Virus record (IMG/VR): IMGVR_UViG_3300042505_001288
Length of the DNA: 64,000 nt
Origin: an uncultured virus (IMG/VR IMGVR_UViG_3300042505_001288)
Lineage: Duplodnaviria > Heunggongvirae > Uroviricota > Caudoviricetes
Direction: 5' to 3' (one strand)
The notes below the pieces were generated by a model. The model was not told the DNA's origin, made no database searches, and was given only the letters and a program-made list of their open reading frames with translations. The stretch's first letter is position 1, and each line of letters starts with the position of its first letter. Position numbers and translations under genes: made by a program. This document shows positions 22,290-32,970 of this stretch, piece after piece.

Positions 22290-25200
22290 TAGTTACTCCC
22301 ATATGATGAACTTGTTATTGATTGCTGTGATGATACGGTCGAATCAACCGCCGTTCCACTCACAGATTTAATATTGCTTGTAGTAATCCCAGTTATGATT
22401 TCAATATCATCAACAGTTGCGCCGTTGATAAAAAGTTGATTACTTAATGATTTAATTTCAAATAAACTTCCAAAATTTAATGTCCCCTGTCTTGGAACGA
22501 TTACTATAGTTGAAATATTTGGTGATAACTTATTCATAACATAAGTCGATAACTCTGAAAAATAAAAAGTATCTCCAAAATCCCAGTTTTCTAATGCAAA
22601 AAATTCATTAATGGCACTTATGACTTGTGATTTGATATCATTATTAGATATAACTTGACCTTGAGTTTTAATAACTTTAAAAGATGCTTGTAAATCTGGA
22701 GTTGCTTTACTTCCAAATAATATTCTATAGTTAACTGGATGATATACTATTTCATCCGATGTTGCTTTAATTAAATTTAAGTTGGTTGATAATGTATTGT
22801 ATAACTCAACGGAACTAGGTGGTAATGGCATATCCACTGATGCACCATTTAACCATTGTCTATATAATATATCATATGATTTGGTCAAGATGTAAACATC
22901 CATGATGTTACTAACCCCTGGATCTATTCTAGAATCATAATCTGCACTATGAGTATATTGAAACTTTAAATTATCTCGACCAGAATAAACTTTATAATCA
23001 AGCGTTGGAGTGAATGTTCCAGCTGGTAGTTTTAATTGTTTTACTACATCAGTATCTATAAAATAAAAATATTGTCCAGATTGGTATTGAATCAATGAGC
23101 CAACATCAGTCTGTGATTGCAAAATTTTAACCTTGGTGTCTGAATTTGAAACATATCGATAATCTTCTTGACCAATTGATATTGTATATTTTTCTAAAAC
23201 TATATACTTTGTTAATATATTATTAGAAGGAGCCACTATATTTAAAAATGATTCAGGATTATCAACTGCACCATTGAAATCAGTATCAGAAAAAGTTACT
23301 ATAATTTTTTTAGTATCGACATACCCATCTAATCCAACATATTCAGATACAATATCCCATTTTATATCGGTAGTAAATGGTTGTGTACTATCAGGTTGAT
23401 TATTTACCCCAAGTACATTAATTCTATCATAAATGATAGAATTAGTTCTACTATCATATATTTTTAAATTACTATCAAAATAAAATCTTAATTGTTTATC
23501 ACTTTCAAAAATATATCTTGATTCACGACTAGTAATTGTGTAGTATTCATTATCAGTTGTGAATAATAATATCCAACTAGAATCCTGTTGAGTATTAGTA
23601 ACGATACCTTGTTTTAACAATGAAAAATTCGAAGATGTATCTAAATTTGTTTCAAATATAACTTTCCACGCTTGTGTTGATGCATCATATCTTAACCCAA
23701 ATGGCTTATTAGCGAATATTAAATCGATCATGGTTGTAACCACTGCAGAATCAAGTGATGTTCTCCATTTTGGAATTATCTGTGTTATAATCGCATTAGT
23801 TGGTATAACTCTATTCATAGTAATTGGGCCTGTTCCATCTGATAATACACCAGTACCATTAGCACGACCATCATCAATTATCGATACAACCTCGGCCCAT
23901 ATTTCAGTTTTTGCACCCAATGGAGTAGCGACTCCATTAGTCAACTTATTATTATTGGTAGTATCAAAATATTGTCCGGTTGGGGCTGAAAATTTTACTA
24001 ATGCACCTGGTGTGATATATTTTAATAAAGTATTTACTGTACTACCAACTGCGTAAATTTCACCATCTAATATGTTACCTATATTACCAGTCGATGAATT
24101 GTAATCAGTTGTCACAGAATTCCATAGTATATTCATACTTGTGGTTACATAATTTATGTAATTTGAATAATAAAAATTTCGGATGCCGTTGTTAGAAATT
24201 ATATCTAAAACAGTATTATAAATAATACCTTCTATATCTGTTCTAGTTGCATATGAAAATCTAGTGGATGATGTATATGCTTCGGTGTATAAAACACCAT
24301 CATCAGCAAACAAGTTTGTAGTACTATACTTTCCAGTTGGATCAACTAAATCAAAATATCTACTAATACCACTTGATGTTCTATTAACTGACTTAACTTT
24401 GAGAACTTGTTGATTTACACTCAATGGACTTATATTATAATCTTCACCCGTTATCATTCTATTTTGAGTATAATAGTTTGCTGGAGCATTTGATTTAATA
24501 CTTGTATTAGTTTCAGATGCATCCGAATTGGATACCGAGGTAGCTAAACTAAGTGATAACGACAAAGTTTCAATTTGTCCGGTAACTGAAGTATATGGGA
24601 TTGCGATTGACACATTTTTTATATCTTGTGTGTTTATTGTATATGACAATCCATTACTTATTCTATAATAAGTTCTAAATGTACCAAGCGGTAAGTTTCC
24701 AAAAGTTCCATCACTAAATGTTAAACTAACTGAATCACCAACCCGTGTTGTAACACCGTATATATTTCTAATACTTTTTATAATGCTATTATAAATTATA
24801 TTATTACCCTCAAAACTAGGAACTTGAGTCCATAATTCCGATTCACTGCCATTAGCGTCCAATCGATATAACCATATATCATTATTATTAATGTTTTGTG
24901 AATCAATATCTATAGATTCGTTTGAACTAGGCTGAGTTATTGTAAATGTTCCAGTGTTCAATGAACCTTGTGTAAAATTAAAATAAAATCCAGTGCCAGC
25001 ACTACCATAACCCCTGCCATCGTCTTTATATACACAAGCAATTTTATTAGATATTTTTGGAGATTCTTCATATATATAATTCTGACCATTAAATGTTGTA
25101 CTAGTAATTTCAAAGTTCATAGTACTTCCAGATATTGATTTAGTAAAAGAATATACTGGAACATCAGCATTAGATGATTCAAATCTATATTGCTCTGTTG

Positions 25201-25747
25201 GAGTTCCTTGGATTGTAGCTCTATCAGATGGATTACCAAATTGTTGATTTGGAGAGAATGCTGCATTAATAACTTTAAAGAATTGATCATACCAATTAGA
25301 ATTTGATGGATCATTCCATGTAATTATTTGTCCAGATAAGTTTCTTCCATTACTATCGATCACATTCTCAGTGGTTTGAATAGTATTAAATTTTAACAGA
25401 CCTTGAGCAGGAATATTTCTTTTTGCATTATAACTAATCAATCGTGCCAATCTTAAAATGCTATCACGACGTTCCGCTAATTCCAAAAAGTTTTCACGAG
25501 CATTCAAATCTACTCTAAATGCAATGCTTTGACCTAAAAATGCAACTAAATCAATAAGAGCTAGATACTCAGAACTTTCAATGTAATCATTAAAATCTTC
25601 TGGGTAATTCTGTCTTATATAATCAATCATTACTCTACGTAAATTTTCAAAATCATAACTTTGAAAATCCGCATTTCGATACGATTGATATATCTTCTTC
25701 CAATCCTCAGCTAATAAAAGTCTGTTTTGTCTATCTGTTGAGCTCAT
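22289..25747 (-). CDS. Baseplate wedge subunit (T4 gp6-like)
   Basis: DFQSYDFENLR...FNDYIESSE...ENFLELAERRDSILRLARLISY N-terminus; QNRMITGEDY motif; follows the gp25-like gene. Confidence 0.8.
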   Translation of the reverse strand: MSSTDRQNRLLLAEDWKKIYQSYRNADFQSYDFENLRRVMIDYIRQNYPEDFNDYIESSEYLALIDLVAFLGQSIAFRVDLNARENFLELAERRDSILRLARLISYNAKRNIPAQGLLKFNTIQTTENVIDSNGRNLSGQIITWNDPSNSNWYDQFFKVINAAFSPNQQFGNPSDRATIQGTPTEQYRFESSNADVPVYSFTKSISGSTMNFEITSTTFNGQNYIYEESPKISNKIACVYKDDGRGYGSAGTGFYFNFTQGSLNTGTFTITQPSSNESIDIDSQNINNNDIWLYRLDANGSESELWTQVPSFEGNNIIYNSIIKSIRNIYGVTTRVGDSVSLTFSDGTFGNLPLGTFRTYYRISNGLSYTINTQDIKNVSIAIPYTSVTGQIETLSLSLSLATSVSNSDASETNTSIKSNAPANYYTQNRMITGEDYNISPLSVNQQVLKVKSVNRTSSGISRYFDLVDPTGKYSTTNLFADDGVLYTEAYTSSTRFSYATRTDIEGIIYNTVLDIISNNGIRNFYYSNYINYVTTSMNILWNSVTTDYNSSTGNIGNILDGEIYAVGSTVNTLLKYITPGALVKFSAPTGQYFDTTNNNKLTNGVATPLGAKTEIWAEVVSIIDDGRANGTGVLSDGTGPITMNRVIPTNAIITQIIPKWRTSLDSAVVTTMIDLIFANKPFGLRYDASTQAWKVIFETNLDTSSNFSLLKQGIVTNTQQDSSWILLFTTDNEYYTITSRESRYIFESDKQLRFYFDSNLKIYDSRTNSIIYDRINVLGVNNQPDSTQPFTTDIKWDIVSEYVGLDGYVDTKKIIVTFSDTDFNGAVDNPESFLNIVAPSNNILTKYIVLEKYTISIGQEDYRYVSNSDTKVKILQSQTDVGSLIQYQSGQYFYFIDTDVVKQLKLPAGTFTPTLDYKVYSGRDNLKFQYTHSADYDSRIDPGVSNIMDVYILTKSYDILYRQWLNGASVDMPLPPSSVELYNTLSTNLNLIKATSDEIVYHPVNYRILFGSKATPDLQASFKVIKTQGQVISNNDIKSQVISAINEFFALENWDFGDTFYFSELSTYVMNKLSPNISTIVIVPRQGTLNFGSLFEIKSLSNQLFINGATVDDIEIITGITTSNIKSVSGTAVDSTVSSQQSITSSSYGSN

Positions 25748-25793
25748 AATTAATCCTAATAATTGTATTTATTGAATTAATTAAGTATGTACA

Positions 25794-26237
25794 TTATTGC
25801 ATTAATAACCCATTTTCTTGGTCAAATCTTAACTGCATTGATTGTGTCATATTATAAGGCATATACGTTAATGAACATTGAATTTGAATTCCACTCTCGT
25901 ATTGTGTAACTATTACATTTTCAGCCCGTATTCTAGGGTCATAATTAATTATTTCATTAACATTTTGCAATATTAAATTCTTTACATGCTCGGTTAATGG
26001 TTCAAATAATAAATCCCATATAATTGTACCGAATGTTGGGTTCATCAACCGTTCACCTTGTCTAGTATAAAAATGATTTAATAAATCCTGTTTTATTAAT
26101 TCAAAATCATACAACTTAAAATTTTCAGTATTATTGTTTACTGTACTAAATCCCTTATACATCTTTGATGTTAATTGATTAGGTTTATGTACTGCTGGTA
26201 ATGATATTTTATCATATAATCTAGAATTTGAACTCAT
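25794..26237 (-). CDS. Baseplate wedge subunit (T4 gp25-like)
   Basis: LIKQDLLNHFYTRQGERLMNPTFGTIIWDLLFEP...YDPRI signature. Confidence 0.85.
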   Translation of the reverse strand: MSSNSRLYDKISLPAVHKPNQLTSKMYKGFSTVNNNTENFKLYDFELIKQDLLNHFYTRQGERLMNPTFGTIIWDLLFEPLTEHVKNLILQNVNEIINYDPRIRAENVIVTQYESGIQIQCSLTYMPYNMTQSMQLRFDQENGLLMQ

Positions 26238-27772
26238 TTTTCTGCTCCTTTTACTTTAGCAAATGTATCGGTAGTAGTAGTATATTTTCCATACATAATT
26301 GGGGTATCTTTAGGCTTTGCTATAGTATTATCTGTTGGTTTAATTACTGCTCCAGTTTTTTCAGGCACAAACATAGTCGGATCTAAATTCTCATGAAATG
26401 CCCATGGTTCAGGCTGAGGAACTCGTATTGGTACAGGTGCTGCCGTTGCTGCCGTTGCTGCGCTAGGACTTCCACTACTTATAGAAACTGCACCTGTTCC
26501 ACCAGCTGTTCCTGCTTGAACAGCGCATGTTATTTTTCCAGTAATATCAGCTGATACCACTGATCCTGAAAGATTAATAGCACCCTGAATATTTGTTTTA
26601 GCTGATTTTAAATTAGCAGTGGATGTTCCTTCAATAATAACATCGGTCCCAGCTTTAAAATTTAATTGTTTTTCCGCTGTTTCATTAATATTGATTTTAG
26701 CAGACATATTGATATTACCATTCATTGCATTTAAGTTTATATCTCTATTAGCAGTGAAATTAATATCATTTCCAGAATATACACTTATACTATCACCAGC
26801 ATAGATATCAATCTTTCCATTACTAGTTAATTCTATCCACGATGTACCACGGGCATTGCCAATATAAATTAAATCTTCTGAATTATGCAATAAAATTTGG
26901 TGCCCAGTTCTAGTTCTAAACCTAATTAATTCATTATGTGGAATTGTGACATCACCGCCAGTTTCTCCCTGTTCAACAGCAACATATTCAGGCCCTGCTT
27001 CTTTTGCAGGTTTTTTGCGGAGAAATTTATCATCTCCATCATCCATAACAATAGTAGAACCACCTAATCTACTAACAAATGCATTTGGTACTTGATGTTC
27101 TTTCTTTCCAATAGGTCCACGTTTAGCATTAGGTCTTTTATCAATCGGACCTGGCGTACTAATTCCAAAAACCATACTTGGAGCTTCTCTTCTAGCACTA
27201 CTAGTTGTTATCCCTCTAATATCATCTTTTATTAATCCTTGTGCTGCTAATACATCAGCCAATGGATGTTTTGGTTTTTTAACCTTTGTTGCATCTACTG
27301 TATTATCCGTTATTTTTTTATTATACTCAGCAACTGGTACTCGTCCAGTCTGGGTTTCTACTACACTTTCTGTTGCAGCAAGCCCTGGAACCATGAAATT
27401 CATGCCTTTGTCCATAACGCATCCAATCCAATAGCCACGTTTTGGATCACCATCAATGAAAATAACAACAACGGTAGACCCAGGATCTGGTGGGATCATC
27501 CACATTCCATAACTTTTTTGTGTATTATTATAATCATCCGGATCTGCAGCGGTATATGCTTCACTCGTGACTCCATAAAATGGACTCATATATTGAACTT
27601 GGTGTAATTGTCCTTCGGATGCCGTATTACCTGCTCCAGCTCTAAGTATTTCTACTTCTAAAATTCCCATATTAGTAGAATCAAGATGGCTTATAACCTT
27701 GGCCAGAAATGGGCCTGGTTTTGACTCACCCTGACTCGATGACATATGATTATTATCTGATTGATTTGTCAT
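26234..27772 (-). CDS. Baseplate hub/central spike protein (gp5/VgrG-like), no lysozyme domain seen
   Basis: OB-fold-like N-terminus (SYGMWMIPPDPGSTVVVIF..GYWIGC), RTRTGHQILLHNSE and beta-helix repeats. Probable start ATG 27772, in a TAATG overlap with the upstream gene. Confidence 0.75.
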   Translation of the reverse strand: MTNQSDNNHMSSSQGESKPGPFLAKVISHLDSTNMGILEVEILRAGAGNTASEGQLHQVQYMSPFYGVTSEAYTAADPDDYNNTQKSYGMWMIPPDPGSTVVVIFIDGDPKRGYWIGCVMDKGMNFMVPGLAATESVVETQTGRVPVAEYNKKITDNTVDATKVKKPKHPLADVLAAQGLIKDDIRGITTSSARREAPSMVFGISTPGPIDKRPNAKRGPIGKKEHQVPNAFVSRLGGSTIVMDDGDDKFLRKKPAKEAGPEYVAVEQGETGGDVTIPHNELIRFRTRTGHQILLHNSEDLIYIGNARGTSWIELTSNGKIDIYAGDSISVYSGNDINFTANRDINLNAMNGNINMSAKININETAEKQLNFKAGTDVIIEGTSTANLKSAKTNIQGAINLSGSVVSADITGKITCAVQAGTAGGTGAVSISSGSPSAATAATAAPVPIRVPQPEPWAFHENLDPTMFVPEKTGAVIKPTDNTIAKPKDTPIMYGKYTTTTDTFAKVKGAEK

Positions 27773-29985
27773 TAAAAATCCCACAATTTTGTAATATCAT
27801 TTAACATACCGGTTAATCCGGTACTAGTGTTAAATGTTTGTTCTGGTGTTGATTCCTGTTTACTTTCTTGTAGAGGCATTCGTTGTCCTTTTAATTTTTG
27901 TACAAATTCACCGCCATTAAATGTACTAACAACAGTTCGTATTTTATACATCCCACTATATTGCATAACTGGCGCTGTTTTTGATTTACCACCAAAATCA
28001 TACATACCGGATTGTTGATTTATATCAATTGGTGTTCTAAAATTAACACTAATTACTACTTCCCCATTTTGATAATTAACAGAACCATCTGCATTCAAAT
28101 TCATATATTGCGTAGGTTTTGATGTATAATTACCCATTCCACTCTGTACAATGAAATATGGATCTCCAATTATTGTCATATCTAAGTTTATTAAATCATA
28201 GCCACGAGTTACTGCATCCATAAACAATCTACCAGCTCTAGTAGCTTCAGTTTCTACGCCACCACCGCCTTTTTTATCAGTGCCAGTTATTGTTCCAATA
28301 TAATTTACAATAGTCGGAATAACCCCAAGTTCTTTACTAGGTGCATTTCCTTTCCCTAAAAGTAAACTAGCAGATGATTGTTCTGATTTCCCACTCATTT
28401 CAGCTGCTTGTTTTATATCTTGTGATTTTCGTCCACCATCAGCAGCCATTACCGAAGAAAATCCATTATTGATTTTTATTTCAAAATTTTTAACATCTAC
28501 ATTTTTTCCTGTATAAATGTAATTGTATTCTTTAACTACTTGTTTCTTAAGGTTATCGTACCCAGGTGGTTTAGTATTTGGTGGCATCATATTTCCAGCA
28601 TGAGCATTATATGGGACTACTCTATACACATATAATTTTGGTTTAACACCTTGTTCGACAGTTTCTTTTGATCCTAAGTTATAGGTTTGAACATCAATTC
28701 GCCATAATGTACGATAACCTTCTGCTGTTAAATTTGCTGCATTAAATGTATCTTTAATAAAATCACTTTGTAATAATACCTGGTTTATTGCATTAGGAAT
28801 ATCAGTATCTTGTGCAAATTTAAAATCACTCTCTTTTACATCAATAGTATTCTGTGCTCGTATAAACCCACCTGATTTCTCATCATATACTGCGTTTTCT
28901 TTCCCGATAGGAGTTGTACCAGTTCTATATTCATTAAACCCAGAACTTGCTTTTCCTATTACATTACAGTCTTTCGCATCCTGTACTAGTGATTGATTTA
29001 CAGTGCTTCTAGTAACTCCTAATTTTTTAAATATAGAGCTATCTGAACTATTGGCAGGATCAGTTACAGCTGACGAGTTATTTTCTTTCTTTGATGAATC
29101 AGCATTTGACGATGAGGAAACATCTTGTGGAAATAATATTAATATTTCATCTGCTACGCTTACTAATTTTTGATCAACTAGTTGTTTATATCGTTGATTA
29201 ACAACCGCTTGTAAACTTTTTTCACCTGTTTGTAATATTTCTTGTACTGTCTTTCCTTTAATCGAGATTTCACTTTTAAATTTGGCAACGTTATCGGCTA
29301 ATGCCGCTTGATTATAAGGCATTGCTTCACACGTATAAACACTACCAGTTTCATTAACTATCATAGTAATATCTGTAAATTTAAATGGTATTCGTTTACT
29401 AGTACCATTAATACTATCAATTTGCCCAGTTTCTTTATTTCCCTTAAAATCGATTGATAATAAAAATGGGGCATCACGCCAATTGTCATGTCCTAACTCT
29501 TGAGCAAGTTGTTGTACTGCTATAATAAACAATCCCATACTATATGGTTCTGTTATTTTAAATCGTATTTTACTTACATTAGTGTTAAATCCTTTCATAA
29601 ACCCAATTATACTTTCCAACTCAACATCATCAATAAAGAAATCAAATCTACCATATGGAGTATTCACTCTATTTGAAGGATCCGCATTTGCAGATTTACA
29701 TATTAATGGTAATCTTTTACCAGATAGATATGAGGTGTCTGGATTATGTAAGTCATCATCAGTTAATCCAGCAATACCAAGAGTATATGTATATGATGCA
29801 TATGCAAATAATGGATTTGGTAATGGGAATTTCTGTTCTGGTATTTTTGTAAATATAGAGCCAATTGATTTTAACTCACCTGATATCATATCAGTTATAG
29901 ATGATAATCCATTAACTGGTACTATTTCTGATATTTTTTTAGCTAGTGATATACCAGCTGTTGTTGCACCTATTATATCTGTCAT
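27772..29985 (-). CDS. Baseplate hub protein (gp27-like)
   Basis: Lies between the LysM/gp53-like and gp5-like genes; IIGDPYF and YSGMYKIRTVVSTFNGGEFVQKL C-terminal motifs typical of hub proteins. Confidence 0.55.
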   Translation of the reverse strand: MTDIIGATTAGISLAKKISEIVPVNGLSSITDMISGELKSIGSIFTKIPEQKFPLPNPLFAYASYTYTLGIAGLTDDDLHNPDTSYLSGKRLPLICKSANADPSNRVNTPYGRFDFFIDDVELESIIGFMKGFNTNVSKIRFKITEPYSMGLFIIAVQQLAQELGHDNWRDAPFLLSIDFKGNKETGQIDSINGTSKRIPFKFTDITMIVNETGSVYTCEAMPYNQAALADNVAKFKSEISIKGKTVQEILQTGEKSLQAVVNQRYKQLVDQKLVSVADEILILFPQDVSSSSNADSSKKENNSSAVTDPANSSDSSIFKKLGVTRSTVNQSLVQDAKDCNVIGKASSGFNEYRTGTTPIGKENAVYDEKSGGFIRAQNTIDVKESDFKFAQDTDIPNAINQVLLQSDFIKDTFNAANLTAEGYRTLWRIDVQTYNLGSKETVEQGVKPKLYVYRVVPYNAHAGNMMPPNTKPPGYDNLKKQVVKEYNYIYTGKNVDVKNFEIKINNGFSSVMAADGGRKSQDIKQAAEMSGKSEQSSASLLLGKGNAPSKELGVIPTIVNYIGTITGTDKKGGGGVETEATRAGRLFMDAVTRGYDLINLDMTIIGDPYFIVQSGMGNYTSKPTQYMNLNADGSVNYQNGEVVISVNFRTPIDINQQSGMYDFGGKSKTAPVMQYSGMYKIRTVVSTFNGGEFVQKLKGQRMPLQESKQESTPEQTFNTSTGLTGMLNDITKLWDF

Positions 29986-29986
29986 G

Positions 29987-30289
29987 TTATAATCCCAGTA
30001 CAGTTCTTAAACTACTGTTTTTTGGTATGTATATGTTTTTACCTGGTGTGAAATCAAATACTGGATCTTGTAAAACATCCAAATTTCGCTGAATAAAAAC
30101 CCACCATAATCCAGCATCACCATATAGATCAAATGCTAATAAATCAGGTCTATAAGTGTATTGCGCTTCAATCGTATATAAAAAATCATCAACTTCTGCA
30201 CTTACTGGTCTGATTGTCAATGTATCCAAATAGTTTTGTTTCAATTGAGTGTTATACCATGGACTATTATTAGAATATCTAGTTGTCAT
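29987..30289 (-). CDS. Baseplate wedge protein (gp53/LysM-like)
   Basis: YRPDLLAFDLYGDAGLWWVFIQRN...IYIP motif. Confidence 0.8.
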   Translation of the reverse strand: MTTRYSNNSPWYNTQLKQNYLDTLTIRPVSAEVDDFLYTIEAQYTYRPDLLAFDLYGDAGLWWVFIQRNLDVLQDPVFDFTPGKNIYIPKNSSLRTVLGL

Positions 30290-31290
30290 TAAATATACCC
30301 CACTGAATTATTTAAATATCCACCAGACACAAATCTATCTAAACTAAATTTACGGGCACTATCTCTACTGTAAACTGGTTGTAATGTCACCGTAAATGTG
30401 CTTTTTGTAGGAACGTGTGTTACACCACCATTTGTTGTACCACCAATTCCCAACGAACCTAAAACACTTGCAGTTTGACCAACAATTCCCAATCCTTCTG
30501 AAATATTATTGGCTAAACCAGATAACCCTGAAATACTACCACCCAATGTATCTGATAAACTTCCTAATGAGTCAGCTATTCCAGAGATTTCCCCTGCCAA
30601 ACTACCAACCACATTACACCCAATATAATCACATTCTGCATTTAATTGAATATCAATATTAGTAACAACAACTGGAACATTCTTGAAAACATAATTCCCA
30701 TATCCATTTAAGTAAATAACCGGTGGAGGATTCCCAGCTTTAGGGTCATTTCCAGTAAACATCTTAGTTAAAGATCTTAAATAATGCAATGCTGCAATCC
30801 AATACAACGCCTGTGTTGAATCTTCAACATTCATTGGAGCAATGATTTGTATCGCTCCTGGGTCACTGTTTTTATAGGATCTAAATGCGTAATTTGTATG
30901 AACTGGTGATGTACTGGTATATGTTGCTGAACTTTTTATAGTAATCTGTGGAGTATATGGAAAAATCAACCCACCTGCTTCTTTTAGCGGTGCTAAGACA
31001 GGACTAGACTTAAATGAAACCCAACTAGCAAGACTTAACCGTACTCGCCAATCATCTGAGTTAGCATCACCACCAAATGAGGAAACCGCAGACATGATAT
31101 CACCTATCGCTTCACCAGCTGCGGGAATGTTAACACTTCGTATTGCACTTAAAACACCACCAGAACTATATGAAGATGATAAGGCAGCTTTTAGATTTTG
31201 TGCTGTATTAACAGCAGAACCAATCGATCCAATTGCATTTTGTGCAGTTGATATGTTAGATTGTAAACTTTGTCCTAAATTAATTGACAT
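30289..31290 (-). CDS. Baseplate tail-tube cap/initiator (gp48/gp54-like)
   Basis: GLIFPYTPQI, PPPVIYLNGYGNYVFKNVPVVVT and VPTKSTFTVTLQP tube-fold motifs; first gene of the baseplate operon. Confidence 0.6.
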   Translation of the reverse strand: MSINLGQSLQSNISTAQNAIGSIGSAVNTAQNLKAALSSSYSSGGVLSAIRSVNIPAAGEAIGDIMSAVSSFGGDANSDDWRVRLSLASWVSFKSSPVLAPLKEAGGLIFPYTPQITIKSSATYTSTSPVHTNYAFRSYKNSDPGAIQIIAPMNVEDSTQALYWIAALHYLRSLTKMFTGNDPKAGNPPPVIYLNGYGNYVFKNVPVVVTNIDIQLNAECDYIGCNVVGSLAGEISGIADSLGSLSDTLGGSISGLSGLANNISEGLGIVGQTASVLGSLGIGGTTNGGVTHVPTKSTFTVTLQPVYSRDSARKFSLDRFVSGGYLNNSVGYI

Positions 31291-31313
31291 GATTTTTTCC
31301 TATTTCATCTCTT

Positions 31314-31320
31314 TATTTAG
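31314..31320 (-). promoter_or_regulatory. Late-promoter-like motif (CTAAATA) for the baseplate operon
   Basis: Variant of the T4 late consensus TATAAATA, ~24 nt upstream of ATG 31290. Confidence 0.55.
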
Positions 31321-31349
31321 TTGACAAAAACAACGCATCATGCTATAAT
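31321..31349 (+). promoter_or_regulatory. Consensus sigma70 promoter for gp55
   Basis: TTGACA(31321)-17 nt-TATAAT(31344) with a TGn extended -10. Confidence 0.9.
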
Positions 31350-31372
31350 TTACTAGAATATAAGGATATATA

Positions 31373-32203
31373 ATGACAACCACCCCTAAAAACTATCTTA
31401 ACAATAAGGACATGTTACTAGAGATACACAGATCAAAAACATCATATTGCAGCTTTGTTGATAAAAGTTATCACCAATATGATATAATTTTACCAAGCTT
31501 AGATAAGATAAACGTTCGTTCAATAGCAGAAGCAAAACGTAACCAAGCAAAAAGATTGTCAGAAACTGATTATTCTACTAGAAAAGCAGCAGGTGAAAAA
31601 ATAAAACTATCCGACTGTGAAATAAACTATAAAAAAATACCAAAAACTGATTTAATATTTAGAATTATGTCTTATGACCACATCCCAGCGGAACACGGGC
31701 GTAAGAAAAACCCAAAATCTGAAGCAGATAAAAGAGCAAAAGTTAACTTCAAGCCATTCCAACATTGGAAATTTGATGAAAATGATAACTTAGTATGTGT
31801 AGGAAAAAGTCATTGGAAAGGAGACTTAGAAACTGGATACTTTGATAAAAATGCAGGAAAAATAACAGATACATTGGCAAGAATGATGCTAAAATTATGT
31901 GAAAGATATGCTACTCGTGGAAACGTGAGAGGATATACTTACAATGATGAAATGCGAGGTCAAGCAATTTTACAGTTGACCCAAATTGGATTACAATTCG
32001 ATGAATCAAAATCCGATAACCCGTTTGCTTATTTTACAGCAGCGGTCACTAACTCGTTTGTTAGAGTTATTAATATTGAAAAAAGAAATCAAAATATTAG
32101 AGATGATATTTTGGAAATGAATGGACTTAACCCATCGTTTACTCGTACCAATTCGGGTGATTTTGAAGCTGGTGAAAGACGATATAACGATGATCATGAA
32201 TAG
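31373..32203 (+). CDS. 55: Late-transcription sigma factor (T4 gp55-like)
   Basis: NYLNNKDML N-terminus; CERYATRGNVRGYTYNDEM...FDESKSDNPFAYFT...EKRNQ core. Confidence 0.85.
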   Translation: MTTTPKNYLNNKDMLLEIHRSKTSYCSFVDKSYHQYDIILPSLDKINVRSIAEAKRNQAKRLSETDYSTRKAAGEKIKLSDCEINYKKIPKTDLIFRIMSYDHIPAEHGRKKNPKSEADKRAKVNFKPFQHWKFDENDNLVCVGKSHWKGDLETGYFDKNAGKITDTLARMMLKLCERYATRGNVRGYTYNDEMRGQAILQLTQIGLQFDESKSDNPFAYFTAAVTNSFVRVINIEKRNQNIRDDILEMNGLNPSFTRTNSGDFEAGERRYNDDHE

Positions 32204-32221
32204 CATGAAAAATTCATAATA

Positions 32222-32254
32222 TATGATATGAATACGAATCGTATTCATATCATA
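32222..32254. repeat. Perfect 16-bp inverted repeat between convergent genes
   Basis: TATGATATGAATACGA-A-TCGTATTCATATCATA. Confidence 0.9.
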
Positions 32255-32261
32255 AAAAAAA

Positions 32262-32900
32262 TCAAATATAAGACCAATTCTGAAATTTTTTACTACCACT
32301 TTTGCATCTTTTACAAACATTATTAGCTGTTATATTATGTGAGATCCCAGCATCTTGTAGTGAATTATAAATAATTCCATTAATTAGTACCTTTTTATAT
32401 TGTTTAGGTCTATTTTTCATTTTTTCATAAAATTCAGGATTTTTCCATAATTCTTTTCTGTAAATCGATAAACGGCGTTTAAATTCCTCATTATTTTTGA
32501 GCTTCATCAATCCAGCCAATGCAGCGGTTCTATATTCATAATTAGTTTTCCATTCGTGTTTTAATTTATCACTTTTCAATTGCTTCAAGTATGCATATAT
32601 CCTTGATGAAGTTTTGAATGTTCGGTCATGATTAGTAGTTTTCCATCTTAAAAATGATGATGCTGCATGTATCATCTTATATTGATCTTTACCACATGTA
32701 ATTTTAATCAATAACAAATGACATATATAATGCTCTCTTGCTGTTAATTGTACTAAATTTAATTTTGTATTGTCACCACCCATACTTTTTGGTATTATAT
32801 GATGTTTTTCAACATACATATCGGTAGGCAAAATTCGGTGTTGTGCATTATATATAATAGAAAAATACCACTTTTTATACTTATTATCAATAAATATCAT
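32262..32900 (-). CDS. Free-standing HNH homing endonuclease (Mob-like)
   Basis: EKHHIIPKSMGGDNTKLNLVQLTAREHYICHLLL HNH motif; basic C-terminal DNA-binding region (INGIIYNSLQDA). Confidence 0.85.
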   Translation of the reverse strand: MIFIDNKYKKWYFSIIYNAQHRILPTDMYVEKHHIIPKSMGGDNTKLNLVQLTAREHYICHLLLIKITCGKDQYKMIHAASSFLRWKTTNHDRTFKTSSRIYAYLKQLKSDKLKHEWKTNYEYRTAALAGLMKLKNNEEFKRRLSIYRKELWKNPEFYEKMKNRPKQYKKVLINGIIYNSLQDAGISHNITANNVCKRCKSGSKKFQNWSYI

Positions 32901-32970
32901 TACTGTAACTCCACTTAGTTATAGAGCAGTTAGATATCCCCATATCGTGAACTGCGTTTCTTATAAATCC

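Noticed and set aside
26234..27772. Lysozyme domain in the gp5-like spike
   Set aside because: No T4-lysozyme or other muralytic motif recognised; lysozyme-less spikes are common, so not notable.
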